Shown: positions 51,743-62,593, counted from the first letter of the whole stretch. The stretch: DNA of 63,993 nt, filler included, from a bacterium (GCA_037439705.1; 5 parts of 5 records of this genome joined end to end with filler, not necessarily neighbours in it), one strand, 5' to 3'. Numbers and translations: made by a program. Notes: a model not told the origin generated them from the sequence alone.

Positions 51743-52323
51743 AAATTTTTTTACCCCTTATTGTCATTTTAATTGAACCCCAATCCATTGAAAAGAGTCC
51801 CGATTTCCTGGCGGGAAAACCGGTTATTCTTTCCATTGACAAAAATAATATGGAAGGAGGTGCAATGGCAGGGATACTCATCAATTCACCCATTGAAAAG
51901 GTATTTGATGTCCTCAAAGACGCTTCAAAATTTCGCCTTTTCATGCCATCCGTAGATAAGGTGGAAGTGATAGAAGAAAAAGAAAACTACCAAATTGTTC
52001 GCTTTTATGTAAAAAAGGCTTTTGTTTCCATTTCACACGCCCTCAAAAGAGAATTTGACAGGGAAAACTGGGAAATAAGATGGATAAACTACGATGACAC
52101 ATTTCAGTTAATAAGGGGGTTCTGGAGATTAAAGCCTTTTGATGGTAAAACAATAGCAATATATTACATCTATCTTAAACCCGGATTTATGATTCCGCAG
52201 ATTATAGTGGATTACCTTGAGGAAAAGAGTCTTCCTGATATGCTCATCGCTGTTAAAAACAGAATTGAAAAGGGCTACGAGAAAAAGGAAGAAAAGAAGG
52301 GCAAAAAGGTTTACGAATTCTGA
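51739..52323 (+). CDS. SRPBCC/START (polyketide cyclase-like) family protein
   Basis: I.SPIEKVFDVL.D...F..FMP, G.W.L.P, helix-grip C-terminus; signal-like N-terminus. Confidence 0.75.
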   Translation: MKIFLPLIVILIEPQSIEKSPDFLAGKPVILSIDKNNMEGGAMAGILINSPIEKVFDVLKDASKFRLFMPSVDKVEVIEEKENYQIVRFYVKKAFVSISHALKREFDRENWEIRWINYDDTFQLIRGFWRLKPFDGKTIAIYYIYLKPGFMIPQIIVDYLEEKSLPDMLIAVKNRIEKGYEKKEEKKGKKVYEF

Positions 52324-52325
52324 AA

Positions 52326-52854
52326 ATGGAAGGGATTCTCATATCTTTTTCTATACTTTTTTTAACGATCGGGATTTTTTACCTTGTAATGTCAAAAAAA
52401 ATTCTTTTGAAAATCATCATTTCATTAACCTCAATTTTTTTCTTTTTCTTATTTGGCATCACAGGAATCGGTATTATGGGATATAAAAATCTGTTAAAAG
52501 AAGAAGTAATTGCGCAAGTGCGTGCTGAAAGTATTGAAAATTTCGTGATATTATATGTGAATTTTCCTGGAGAGGAAAAAGAAAATATCTATGTTAGAAG
52601 AGAAACTCAAGAAAAAAAATGGGGAATTTCAGCAAATTTCTTGAAATGGAAAAAATGGTTGAGTTTCCTTGGTTTCGGGATATCCCATTTATGAAAACTC
52701 AATATCAAAATTGGTATGGTCACATCTCATTAAAAAAGGCTATATATATCCTTTTGTTGATATGGCATTTGAAAGCACGGTCTATTCAGAAGTTTTCGGA
52801 AAGGAAGTTCTGGTAAAGGTAACAGGTTCGGGACTAACCCTTTCTATAGAATGA
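52326..52854 (+). pseudogene. Membrane protein split by a frameshift (52326..52694 and 52669..52854)
   Basis: Two TM helices, then W...A.FLKWK.W..FLG; continues in another frame as PFVD..F.S.VY...V.VT.SGL. Confidence 0.5.
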
Positions 52855-53681
52855 TATCCTCCTACAAAAAACACATTCATTTTAATGAGGGCATACATAA
52901 AATGAAAACCCTTTTAAGAAGTTTTCGTCTCAATACAGTATGCGAAGAAGCAAGGTGTCCGAATATAGAAAAGTGCTTTTCCAAAAAACACTTAACTTTT
53001 ATGATACTGGGAGACAAATGCACGAGAAATTGTAGATTCTGTGATGTAAACTCAGGAAATCCACTTCCCCCGGACGAAGAAGAACCTTATAGAATAGCAG
53101 AACTTGTTAAAAAACTTCAGCTTAAGAAAGTAATTATAACCTCTGTAACAAGAGATGACCTGAAAGACGGTGGAGCGCTTCATTTTTATAAAACAGTTAG
53201 AGCAATAAAAGAAATAGATGAAAAAATAAATGTTGAGGTATTAACTCCTGATTTTAAAATGAAACCTTCATCGCTCCAGTTTATAACCTCTTCCGGTGCG
53301 GATGTTCTATCGCATAATATAGAAACTGTAAAAAGGCTTTATGCGTTTCTGCGTCCATCTTCTGATTATGAAAGAGCATTAAAGGTGCTTAAGTTTTACA
53401 GGAATAATTCGTCTGCTATCATAAAGTCGGGATTTATGGTTGGATTGGGGGAAACCGAGGAAGAGGTTTATGACCTCTTAGAGGAATTGAAAAATACTGG
53501 TTGCAATCTGGTTATTATAGGACAATATTTTCAGCCATCCTCTAAGGCTATATCGGTTTTTGAATATGTGCCGGACGAAATTTTCAGGAAATATACCGAA
53601 TATGGAGAAAAAATTGGGCTGAAAGTGGTGGCTGGAAGATATTACAGAAGCTCTTATGTTGAAGAAAATTTTAAACCTTGA
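52851..53681 (+). CDS. lipA: Lipoyl synthase
   Basis: CEEARCPNIEKC, CTRNCRFC, TSVTRDDL, RSSY. Confidence 0.95.
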   Translation: MISSYKKHIHFNEGIHKMKTLLRSFRLNTVCEEARCPNIEKCFSKKHLTFMILGDKCTRNCRFCDVNSGNPLPPDEEEPYRIAELVKKLQLKKVIITSVTRDDLKDGGALHFYKTVRAIKEIDEKINVEVLTPDFKMKPSSLQFITSSGADVLSHNIETVKRLYAFLRPSSDYERALKVLKFYRNNSSAIIKSGFMVGLGETEEEVYDLLEELKNTGCNLVIIGQYFQPSSKAISVFEYVPDEIFRKYTEYGEKIGLKVVAGRYYRSSYVEENFKP

Positions 53682-53705
53682 TAAAATTATAAAAAATTAG
53701 AAGCC

Positions 53706-54905
53706 ATGGAAGAATTTGAAAGAATTAAAAGATTGCCTCCCTATGTGTTTTCCATTATAAATGAGATGAAATATAAAGCTCGTGTAATGGGAGAAGATAT
53801 AATTGACCTCGGAATGGGAAATCCCGACCTTCCCACTCCAGAACCCGTTGTAAATAAACTCATTGAAGCGGTAAAAAATCCCAAAAATCACAGATATTCC
53901 GCATCAAAGGGAATTTACAAATTGAGGCTCGCCTTTGCCAACTGGTATAAGAGAAGGTTCAATGTTGAACTGGATCCAGAAACTGAAATTGTTGTCACCA
54001 TAGGCTCAAAAGAGGGTTTTTCCCATCTTATGCTCGGAATAGTTGGACAGGGAGATGCTGTTTTGGTTCCTACCCCTACCTATCCAATCCACAGATATGC
54101 TCCAATTATAGCGGGTGGTTATGTAAGGGGAGTTCCAATTCTTCAGGGAGATTTTTTTGAAAACATAGTCTCAGCCTACAACGAAATTCTTCCACCGCCC
54201 CGTGTCCTCGTCATTTCTTTTCCACACAATCCCACAACTTTAACCGCGGAGGCTGATTTCTTCAGAAAAATTGTATATTTTGCAAAGGAAAAAAGAATTA
54301 TTGTGATTCATGATTTCGCTTACGCAGACCTCGTTTTTGATGGCTACACTGCTCCCAGTTTTCTACAGGTAGAAGGAGCAAAGGATGTAGGAGTTGAATT
54401 TTTCACTATGTCAAAGAGTTATAATATGCCTGGCTGGAGAGTTGGATTTGCAGCAGGCAACAGCAGAATAATAGGAGCTCTTACAAAACTGAAAAGTTAC
54501 TTAGATTACGGAATGTTTCAGCCAATCCAAATTGCTGCTATTCTTGCACTGAACGAACTTGATGAATGGGTAAAAAGCAATGTAGAGATCTACAGAAGAA
54601 GGAGAGATGTTTTATGTGATGGATTTAAGAGCATAGGATGGAATGTGGAAAAACCTAAAGGAAGTATGTTTGTGTGGGCTAAAATTCCGGATGAATTTCT
54701 GTATATGGGTTCGTTGAATTTTTCAAAATTTCTGCTTGAAAAAGCAAAGGTTGCTGTTTCTCCTGGAACTGGCTTCGGTGAGGGAGGAGAGGGATATGTT
54801 CGTTTCGCCTTAGTGGAAAATGAACAAAGGATAAAACAGGCAATAAGAGGAATAAGGAGGGCTTTCTCCGGAGGTCTTCAAAAATGGCGTGGCCTGGCGT
54901 TATAA
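53706..54905 (+). CDS. alaC: Class I PLP aminotransferase, alanine transaminase AlaC-like
   Basis: [43 protein letters not shown]. Confidence 0.85.
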   Translation: MEEFERIKRLPPYVFSIINEMKYKARVMGEDIIDLGMGNPDLPTPEPVVNKLIEAVKNPKNHRYSASKGIYKLRLAFANWYKRRFNVELDPETEIVVTIGSKEGFSHLMLGIVGQGDAVLVPTPTYPIHRYAPIIAGGYVRGVPILQGDFFENIVSAYNEILPPPRVLVISFPHNPTTLTAEADFFRKIVYFAKEKRIIVIHDFAYADLVFDGYTAPSFLQVEGAKDVGVEFFTMSKSYNMPGWRVGFAAGNSRIIGALTKLKSYLDYGMFQPIQIAAILALNELDEWVKSNVEIYRRRRDVLCDGFKSIGWNVEKPKGSMFVWAKIPDEFLYMGSLNFSKFLLEKAKVAVSPGTGFGEGGEGYVRFALVENEQRIKQAIRGIRRAFSGGLQKWRGLAL

Positions 54906-55938
54906 GAGCTTACAGGGNNNNNNNNNNNNNNNNNNNNNNNNNTGCATAGTAACCCTCCTTGAAGGTAATACGCCCCTTATACCATCCAGGGCAATAAGGG
55001 AAATAATTCCCAAAAAAATACAACTCTATTACAAAGCCGAAGGTTTTAACCCCACTGCTTCTTTCAAAGACAGAGGGATGACAGTGGCTGTTTCAAAAGC
55101 ACTTGAAGATGGAGCAAAAGCAATAATCTGTGCTTCAACTGGAAACACTTCTGCGTCTGCTTCAGCATACGCTGCGAGAGCAGGACTCACCGCATATATA
55201 TTAGTTCCAAAAGGAAAAATTGCTTATGGAAAGCTTTCCCAAACAATAGCACATGGTGCTAAAATTGTTCAGATAGATGGTAATTTTGATGATGCTCTTG
55301 AAATAGTCAAACAAGTGGCTGAAAAGTATCCAATAACCCTTGTAAATTCCATTAACCCGTACAGGCTTGAAGGTCAGAAAACGGCTTCTTTTGAAATATG
55401 CGATGTGCTTGGCGATGCTCCCACATATCATTTTCTACCAGTGGGAAATGCGGGAAATATATCTGCTTACTGGAAAGGATATAAGGAATATTATGAAGAA
55501 GGAAAATGTACCCGACTTCCAAAAATGATGGGGTATCAGGCAGAAGGAGCAGCACCTATTGTTAAGGGTGAACCTGTAAAGCATCCAAAAACTATAGCAT
55601 CTGCTATAAGAATTGGAAATCCAGCAAACTGGGAAAAAGCACTGAAAGCAAAAGAAGAATCAAATGGTATAATAGACATGGTATCAGACGAAGAAATTCT
55701 CTTCGCCTACAATTTTATTGGCTCAAAGGAAGGTATCTTCTGTGAACCAGCATCCGCAGCCTCTCTTGCAGGTGTTTTTAAATATGAAAGGGAAAAGGGC
55801 TTTGAAGATGGAGATGTTCTTGTTTGCACCTTAACAGGACATGGATTAAAAGATCCGGAAGTTCCATTAAAGCTCATGGGAGAACCAATAACAGCTTGTC
55901 CGGATCTTTCGGAAGTAGTAAAGGCTCTGGGATTATGA
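54884..55938 (+). CDS. thrC: Threonine synthase
   Basis: ATG 54884 gives [11 protein letters not shown] before the N gap 54918-54942 (gap length breaks the frame); [31 protein letters not shown]. Confidence 0.95.
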
Positions 55939-57134
55939 TAAAGTTCATCATCCTCCATTGCGATGGGGTTGCAGACGAACCGGTTGAAGAACTTGGCAAC
56001 AGAACTCCTCTTGAGATTGCAAAGACCCCAAACATAGATTTAATTGCAGATAAAAGCGAGTTAGGAACATATGAACCGATCCCTCCAGAACTTCATCCTG
56101 GAAGTGATGTGGGCACTCTTTCCCTTCTCGGATATAATCCTATCCAGTACTATACCGGAAGGGCACCTCTGGAAGCTGCAAGTCTCGGAATTGAACTCAA
56201 AAAAGAAGATGTGGCTTTCAGATGCAATTTAGTAAGCGTTAAAAAAGAAAGAAATAATTTCATAATGGAGGATTACAGCGGTGGACATATTTCTGCAGAA
56301 GAAGGAAAAATTCTTATAGAAGCCATTCAAAAAGAACTCGGAAATTCAAAAATGAATTTTTATCCGGGCCTAAGTTACAGAAACATCCTCGTCTGGAAGG
56401 ATGGACCACTGGATGTAAAAATTCCACCTCCTCATGATATAATGGGAGAAAGGATAAATGTTTTTATTGAAGAAAACATTTCAATAAAAGAGATTTTCTT
56501 AAAATCATACGAAATTTTATCAGGTCATCCGTTGAACAGAGAAAGAGTGAACAATGGCAAAAAACCCGCCAATGCGGTCTGGTTGTGGGGACAGGGAAAA
56601 ACCCCGACAATACCTACCTTAAAGGAAATGTATAAAATTGAATCAGCAGTAATATCTGCTGTTGACCTTGTAAAAGGCATAGGAAAACTTGCAGGAATGA
56701 AAATCATAAATGTGCCCGGCGCAACAGGATATATGGATACAAACTTTAAAGGAAAGGTGGAAGCATGTGTTGAATCTTTAAAAGAAGTTGACCTTATCCT
56801 TCTTCATGTTGAGGGAATAGACGAGGTCTCACATACAGGAGATGCAAAAAAGAAAGTTGAAGCAATTGAAATTTATGACTCAGAGGTTGTTGGAAGATTA
56901 ATGGATAAAGTTCAGGGATTTAAAAATTTAAGAATACTCCTCACATCAGACCATAGAACACCCGTTCGTATAAAAACCCATTCTCACGGTGCAGTCCCGT
57001 ACCTAATTTTCTCTTCAGATTCAATCAAAAAAACAGGTTTGAGATGGACTGAAAAAGATTGTGCAAGGGGGAATTACATCCAGCGAGGTTATGAACTTTT
57101 TAAAAAATTTATAGAACCCGCCTTGAGAAAATAA
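55935..57134 (+). CDS. apgM: Cofactor-independent phosphoglycerate mutase ApgM family (thrC-linked subgroup)
   Basis: DGVADEP...TPLE.A.TP, PGSD, GRAPLEA, SAVDLVKGIG, DEVSH, SDH.TP...TH; start ATG 55935. Confidence 0.88.
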   Translation: MIKFIILHCDGVADEPVEELGNRTPLEIAKTPNIDLIADKSELGTYEPIPPELHPGSDVGTLSLLGYNPIQYYTGRAPLEAASLGIELKKEDVAFRCNLVSVKKERNNFIMEDYSGGHISAEEGKILIEAIQKELGNSKMNFYPGLSYRNILVWKDGPLDVKIPPPHDIMGERINVFIEENISIKEIFLKSYEILSGHPLNRERVNNGKKPANAVWLWGQGKTPTIPTLKEMYKIESAVISAVDLVKGIGKLAGMKIINVPGATGYMDTNFKGKVEACVESLKEVDLILLHVEGIDEVSHTGDAKKKVEAIEIYDSEVVGRLMDKVQGFKNLRILLTSDHRTPVRIKTHSHGAVPYLIFSSDSIKKTGLRWTEKDCARGNYIQRGYELFKKFIEPALRK

Positions 57135-57230
57135 ACCTGATATTGCAAGATCTGATACTTATTAGCAGACGAAACAAAAAGGAGGGTGAGTGCCGTCAGA
57201 CACGACCCTTTATGCTGAATTAGGCGAAGT

Positions 57231-58118
57231 TTAACTTTTTTCATAATTAAATAAATCTAATATCTTCTGTTCTTTGTTTATTTTTTTATTTTTTGGACTA
57301 TATCTCCCGGTAAATTCCCCTTTTTCTTTTCTTTCTTTAAATGTCTTCTCTACTACATGCCTTGCTATTTCCACCCTCACATAATTTTCTTCAGATTTGT
57401 AATTTTCTAACCTTTTCTCGGCAAATTCAATATATTCTTCTGATATTTCTATTCCAATAAAATCATGTCCTAATATTTTTGCCGCAACTAATGTTGTTCC
57501 ACTTCCACAGTAAGGGTCAATTACCACTCCTTTTTTTTCGTCCATAATCGAATAAATTGCTCTAACAGGCAATGCCAAAGGAAAAGGTGCTGGGTGAGGA
57601 TTTTTTTGTTCGGGTGGAAATCGCCAGATTGATGTCAATAAAGCGTGTTTTGGCTTCAATTCCTCTCCAATTAGAGTTCTTCCTTTCGGCTTATAAAGCC
57701 AATATATCCTCTCTTCTACTTGCCAGAACCTCCAACCCCTGATATTAGCAGCAATCATTCTATCCCAGATTATCTCTTGTCTAATTACCCACTTCGTTTT
57801 TCTCAGCCAATCCAATGGATGAAACATCAAGCCTTTTTCCCATCTCAATTTATGATTATAGAAGAATGAACCGCCAGGTTTAGTAATCCTATAAATTTCA
57901 TTTAAAATATCAATTTGACCTTTTTGATATTCTTCCTCTGGTAATTTATCTGTAGCACTTGAATACTTTACATTTTTTACTAACCAACCTTTTTTATTCT
58001 CGCCTTTATTGTAAGGCGGAGATGTTACTCCAACATCAACGATTTCATCTGGTAACATCTTTAAAATTTTTAGTGCATCACCTTGAATTATCTTGTTTAG
58101 ATATTCTTCTTGAGTCAT
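57231..58118 (-). CDS. Beta-class N4/N6 DNA methyltransferase
   Basis: TSPPY motif IV before motif I DPYCGSGTT; HPAPFP. Confidence 0.93.
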   Translation of the reverse strand: MTQEEYLNKIIQGDALKILKMLPDEIVDVGVTSPPYNKGENKKGWLVKNVKYSSATDKLPEEEYQKGQIDILNEIYRITKPGGSFFYNHKLRWEKGLMFHPLDWLRKTKWVIRQEIIWDRMIAANIRGWRFWQVEERIYWLYKPKGRTLIGEELKPKHALLTSIWRFPPEQKNPHPAPFPLALPVRAIYSIMDEKKGVVIDPYCGSGTTLVAAKILGHDFIGIEISEEYIEFAEKRLENYKSEENYVRVEIARHVVEKTFKERKEKGEFTGRYSPKNKKINKEQKILDLFNYEKS

Positions 58119-58824
58119 TTTGTTTTTCCCTCTAAAAAGTTATAAAAATTTCTTGTTATGTATTCCTTATACTTTGATAGCTCAGTTTTATTTAAAAGAT
58201 AAACAATCTTTAAATTGGGACAATGGAAATAATCTTTATAATCAAATTCAGCGCTTCTTAAAAATTGTCCCCTTGTGCTTTTGCTTCCCTTTAATTTTTC
58301 CTTCCATCTTTGAATTTTTGACTCTAAATTTTTTATAAAATCTGGGTAATTAAATGGAAACTCAATGATATAAATGAGTTTCCCATCTACAAACCCACTC
58401 ACCAACATATTTAGGTCTTTCTCTCTTTTATCCTTTTGCAATCTCGCTGGAGTATAATCTGTAAAATTCCCACCACCATTTAATTTTGCTGGGGGTGTTT
58501 TTCTTTCACCCCTTTATATTTTTCAAATTCCTCAGTATTTACATTTTTGGGTTTTGCCTCACATTTTATAGTTCTTCCAGAAACAAAAGCATCTTGCTTA
58601 AAACCATTATATCCTATTTTCCCTTCTTTATGTGTGTATCCCGCTAAAGTGACGGTTATAAACTCCCTTACGGTTGAAGAGTTTTTATCATTTATATATA
58701 TCGTAAGCAAGTCGACCAACATTCCTATAAGTGTATCTTTTGACTTACCTATAAGATAGTTGTTTAATTCCTGATGAATCCCTGTTGAATATATTTTTAT
58801 AACATTGGCTAATTCCTGGTTCAT
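58115..58824 (-). pseudogene. Putative type II restriction endonuclease, frameshifted near 58510-58517
   Basis: 58480..58824 (CEAKPK, ExK-type motif) joins 58115..58441 through a -1 shift giving KRGERKTPPAKLNGGGNFTDY; coupled to the MTase (ATGA overlap). Confidence 0.7.
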
Positions 58825-59176
58825 ATTTTCACCTCATTAAAGTTAAATTTCGCCTACCTCGTCCGTATTCTTCTGTTTTGGCGGTGTAACCGAACTAAGC
58901 TCAGAGATATCATGCTCTGGCTGAACCAAAGATTCCATCCTTTTTTGAGAATTCTTACTATCTCTGTTTGAATTGTAATTGAAATATTATCCGGTAAGAA
59001 TACAGTTATCCTGTCCCACGAAATTTCTCCAATTCTTATACTTTTCATAACCCGCATTGCTTCTGCTTTTTATTATAATAAAATTTTGAAAAAAAACAAG
59101 GAAAATGTTCCTATTATAAGAAAGCCTCTATTTTTCTCTTATTAACAAAAGAATAGAAACATTAATGTACAGCCTT

Positions 59177-60711
59177 TTATCTTTCTTTCAAAAGAACCTT
59201 TGAAATAACGGGAACAAATATGAGGGTGCCATCCATATTGAGAATCATAAGAATTGTTAAAAGAAGTGCCATTTCCGCTGTAAACTTCATTGGAGAAAAA
59301 AACCAGAATACAAGTCCTGCAACCATTGTGGAGGCGGTAAAGAATATAGCCTTGCCAGTGGTCATAAGAGCTGTTTTAACAGCCTCATCTTTAGAAAGAC
59401 CTGATTCCAGAAGAGATTCAATTCTTGATAGAAGATAAATCCCATAATCAATTCCTACCCCGATTCCAACTGCAGCAACCGGGAGGGAATTTATATTCAT
59501 ATCTATCTTCGTCAAATACATAAACACCTCTGATAGAAACTGGGAGAGAAGAAGCGAAGGAAGAAGAATAATTAAAGATTTAAACGAACGCATAAACACT
59601 ACAACAAGAACTCCAACAGTCAAAAGAACAACCTCAAGAATTAACCAGTAGGACCTTTCAACCTCATCGTTTACTGCATATAAAACGCCCAAAAGACCTC
59701 CAGCAAGTTTGAAACTGACTTTTTCGTCCTTATTCTTATCTATAAATTCTTGAGCCTTTTTGACAATCTCCTTAAGTTTTTCATTGGAGAAGGTTTTATA
59801 GAAAAATGTTATTGGTGAGGATTTAAAATCCTCGCTGAAAAGCCTTTGCATTTCTCTTCCCCCGCTTAGCGTATATGTGATGGCTCCCACATCCCTCGCC
59901 TTGTATGGAAGAACTTCCCAGTTAGGGTCGTTTTCGTGAAAAATTTTCATTATGAGCTTTACTGCCATAGAAAGGCTCAAAGAAGCAGTAGCTCCAGTCT
60001 CTTCCACCATAAACCTTTCAAACTCTTCTATTTTTTGAAGAACCTCAATCTCTTTTATTCCACCTTCTCTTCCTGTGTCAGCAATTACTACAAATTGATT
60101 GGCTCCGTAAAAATATGAATTTACCTTATCCATAGCCACATTGTACGGATGGTCTGATTTAAGAATGGCATGCCCCGGCATGACATTTCCAACTTTGAGT
60201 TTTCTTCCCATAATTCCACTCGTAATAAGGGCAATAATGAGAAATATAAGGGTAAGAAAAGTATAAAGTTTCTTTCTCGAAAATATCGTGTGAAAAGAAG
60301 AAAAACGTTCATAAAAATATGAAATTTTTCTCTCGGCTTTTGGTGGGCCAAAAAGAAGGAGCATAACAGGAGAAAGGGTGAGAACTCCAAGAAATATGCT
60401 CCCTATCCACAGGCTTGAATAAATGGCAAGTTTCCACATAAGTGGAATTCCTGAAACTCCTATTGTAAGTATTCCGAGACCGTCTGTAAGAATGGAAAGA
60501 AGAGCGGGTGTGTATAGTTCTGAGAAGCTCTTCAAAATGGATTGGTATTTATCCTTTGTTTTAAAAAACAGTTCACAATATGTTTCCATAATCTGTACAG
60601 AATGACTCAATGCTCTTGCAGAGAGTAGGACCGGAACCACAAGAAGAAGTGGGTCAAGCTCAAAACCAAGTATTTTTGTGCACCCTATAGCCCACACACC
60701 GCTCAAAATTC
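59177..60711 (-). CDS. MMPL/RND-family transporter, 5' truncated
   Basis: Multiple TM segments, VGIGVGIDYGIY, TTGKAIFFTA. Confidence 0.88.
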
Positions 60712-60811
60712 NNNNNNNNNNNNNNNNNNNNNNNNNNNNNNNNNNNNNNNNNNNNTTAATTAATTAANNNNNNNNNNNNNNNNNNNNNNNNNNNNNNNNN
60801 NNNNNNNNNNN
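60712..60811. other. Artificial contig linker
   Basis: N-run, TTAATTAATTAA, N-run. Confidence 0.97.
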
Positions 60812-60812
60812 C

Positions 60813-61229
60813 AAAGAACTGGAGAAGGAAAACAAATCCCTGAGGCAGAAGCTTTTGACAGGCGAAGAAAGAAAATTTCTTGAAATAAGAGAGTTGAATG
60901 GCATAGAGGTAATAACCGGAATTGTTGAAGGTGCTACAAAGGAAGAATTGGGAGCAATTGTTGATAGAGAAAAAAAGGGGAACAAAAAGGTGGTGCTTGT
61001 AGCAACAAGGTCTGAAGGGAAAGGATTAATATTGTGTGGAGTTAGCGATGATCTCAAAGAAAAAATTTCCGCTGCGGAGGTTCTCAGGGAAATAGGAAGG
61101 AGATTCGGCGGTGGAGGAGGAGGAAGGAGCGATTTTGCACAGGGGGGACTTCAGGATGAAAGGCGTCTTGAAGAGGCGATTGCCCGGGTTTCCGATGTTA
61201 TAAAAAAATTTTTGGGAGAAAAAGGATGA
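60813..61229 (+). CDS. alaS: Alanine--tRNA ligase C-terminal (DHHA1) fragment, 5' truncated
   Basis: KELEKENKSL coiled coil, GGGGGGRSDFAQGG. Confidence 0.85.
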   Translation, partial: KELEKENKSLRQKLLTGEERKFLEIRELNGIEVITGIVEGATKEELGAIVDREKKGNKKVVLVATRSEGKGLILCGVSDDLKEKISAAEVLREIGRRFGGGGGGRSDFAQGGLQDERRLEEAIARVSDVIKKFLGEKG

Positions 61230-62593
61230 AGGTCATTGCGGTAAGGGGAAAAAAGAATTCAGGAAAGACACTTCTCATTGAACTCCTCACGAAAAAATTA
61301 AAAGAGAAGGGATTAAAGGTGGGGGTTATAAAACATACCCACAAATCCCCTTATTTTGACAGAGAATGTAAGGATTCCTTCAGAATGAAAAATGCTGGGG
61401 CAGATTGTGTATGCCTCTTATGGAAAGATGGGACAATTTTATGGTTTAATGAAGAAGGAAAAATTGAGGACATTCTCTATCAATTTTCCGGATTTGACCT
61501 CCTTTTTGTTGAAGGATTAAATTCCCTTCAAATTCCTTCTGTTGAGATCATTGATGGTGACGAAAAGCCTTCTTCTAATTGCATAATCTCCGTTCAAAAG
61601 GGAAAGATATATGAAAGCGTTGAAAAAATTGTTTCTAAAATAGAGTACTATAAAGATTCTATCCCATCTTCCGGCGAATTGAAGATGATAGATGTCTCAG
61701 AAAAAATTGAAACATTAAGAACCGCAAAGGCTTCTTGCTTCTTGACATTCTCTCCTGAACTCTGGGAAATAATAAAAACTGGGAAGCTTGAAAAAGGTGA
61801 CCTGATTCAGGCAGCAAGGGTTGGTGCCATAAATGGTGCAAAATTTTTACACAAAAATCTACTACTATGTCATTCCGTATCCATTGACTATGTAGGTGTT
61901 GAGGTCAAACCATCTTACTGTCAGCTTGAAATTGTTGTTGAGGTAAAGGGCGTTGGAAGAACAGGCGTAGAGATGGAAGCAATTGCTGGGGTTATGAATT
62001 CAGCGCTTTCTGTGTATGACATTCTGAAGAGACACGGAGAGGATATAAAAATTCACACAATTCGCCTTTTAGAAAAAAGAGGGGGAAAGAAAGATTATGA
62101 AAAAGAAAAAATTCCCTTTTCTGCAGCTGTTATAACAATAAGCGATAGGGCTTTCAGGAAGGAAAGGGTTGATGAAAGCGGAGAAATAATAAAGAAATGG
62201 ATTTCTGAAAACGGCGGGGAAATAAAGGGATATGAGGTGGTTCCAGATGAGATAGACGAAATTGAAAGGAGTGTCAAAAATTATGCCTTATCAGAGCATT
62301 CCGTTGACCTAATAATTACCACGGGTGGAACGGGTCCTGGTCCAAGGGATGTAACTTTAAGTGCTATTGAAGGAATTGCAAGCAAAAAAATAGATGGCAT
62401 CGGAGAAGTCATGAGGAGATTTGGGGAGAGAAAAACCCTTTACGCAGTCCTTTCATCAGGGACAGGGTATGTGGTGGGGAGGTCAATAGTTTTGGCCCTC
62501 CCAGGAAGTCCAAAAGGCGTTCTTGATTCTTTGAAAATTCTTAAAAGCATAATGTTTCATGCAATAAGGATGGCAAGGGGGGAGGGGCATTGA
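61226..62593 (+). CDS. MobB-MoaC-MogA/MoaB triple fusion (molybdenum cofactor biosynthesis)
   Basis: MobB: G..NSGKT, VIKH.H, D..R...AGA. MoaC: MIDVSEK, KGD, LCH, TGVEMEA, LLEKRGGK. MogA: TISDR, DESG, TTGGTG..PRDVT, LPGSPKG. Confidence 0.88.
   Translation: MKVIAVRGKKNSGKTLLIELLTKKLKEKGLKVGVIKHTHKSPYFDRECKDSFRMKNAGADCVCLLWKDGTILWFNEEGKIEDILYQFSGFDLLFVEGLNSLQIPSVEIIDGDEKPSSNCIISVQKGKIYESVEKIVSKIEYYKDSIPSSGELKMIDVSEKIETLRTAKASCFLTFSPELWEIIKTGKLEKGDLIQAARVGAINGAKFLHKNLLLCHSVSIDYVGVEVKPSYCQLEIVVEVKGVGRTGVEMEAIAGVMNSALSVYDILKRHGEDIKIHTIRLLEKRGGKKDYEKEKIPFSAAVITISDRAFRKERVDESGEIIKKWISENGGEIKGYEVVPDEIDEIERSVKNYALSEHSVDLIITTGGTGPGPRDVTLSAIEGIASKKIDGIGEVMRRFGERKTLYAVLSSGTGYVVGRSIVLALPGSPKGVLDSLKILKSIMFHAIRMARGEGH

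Larger units (their letters stand above)
57221..58856 (-). mobile_element. Cassette-like R-M module bounded by an 18-bp inverted repeat
   Basis: 57221-57238 TAGGCGAAGTTTAACTTT versus reverse complement of 58839-58856 TAGGCGAAATTTAACTTT (17/18). Confidence 0.55.

Noticed and set aside
54884..54942. Apparent frameshift at the thrC start
   Set aside because: It spans an N gap of estimated length, so it is an assembly effect.
57183..57210. Imperfect hairpin AGGGT-GAGTG...CAC-G-ACCCT as attC or terminator
   Set aside because: Bulged and weak, and it lacks a matching GTTRRRY; cannot be assigned.
58854..59057. 67-aa minus-strand ORF upstream of the R-M pair (possible controller protein or methyltransferase remnant)
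   Set aside because: No HTH signature and only a weak EIVRILKKG resemblance; not enough support.
15399..60811. TTAATTAATTAA palindrome recurring about every 15 kb
   Set aside because: Always centred in a 100-nt N block: a synthetic contig linker with stops in six frames. The spacing reflects length-sorted contigs.
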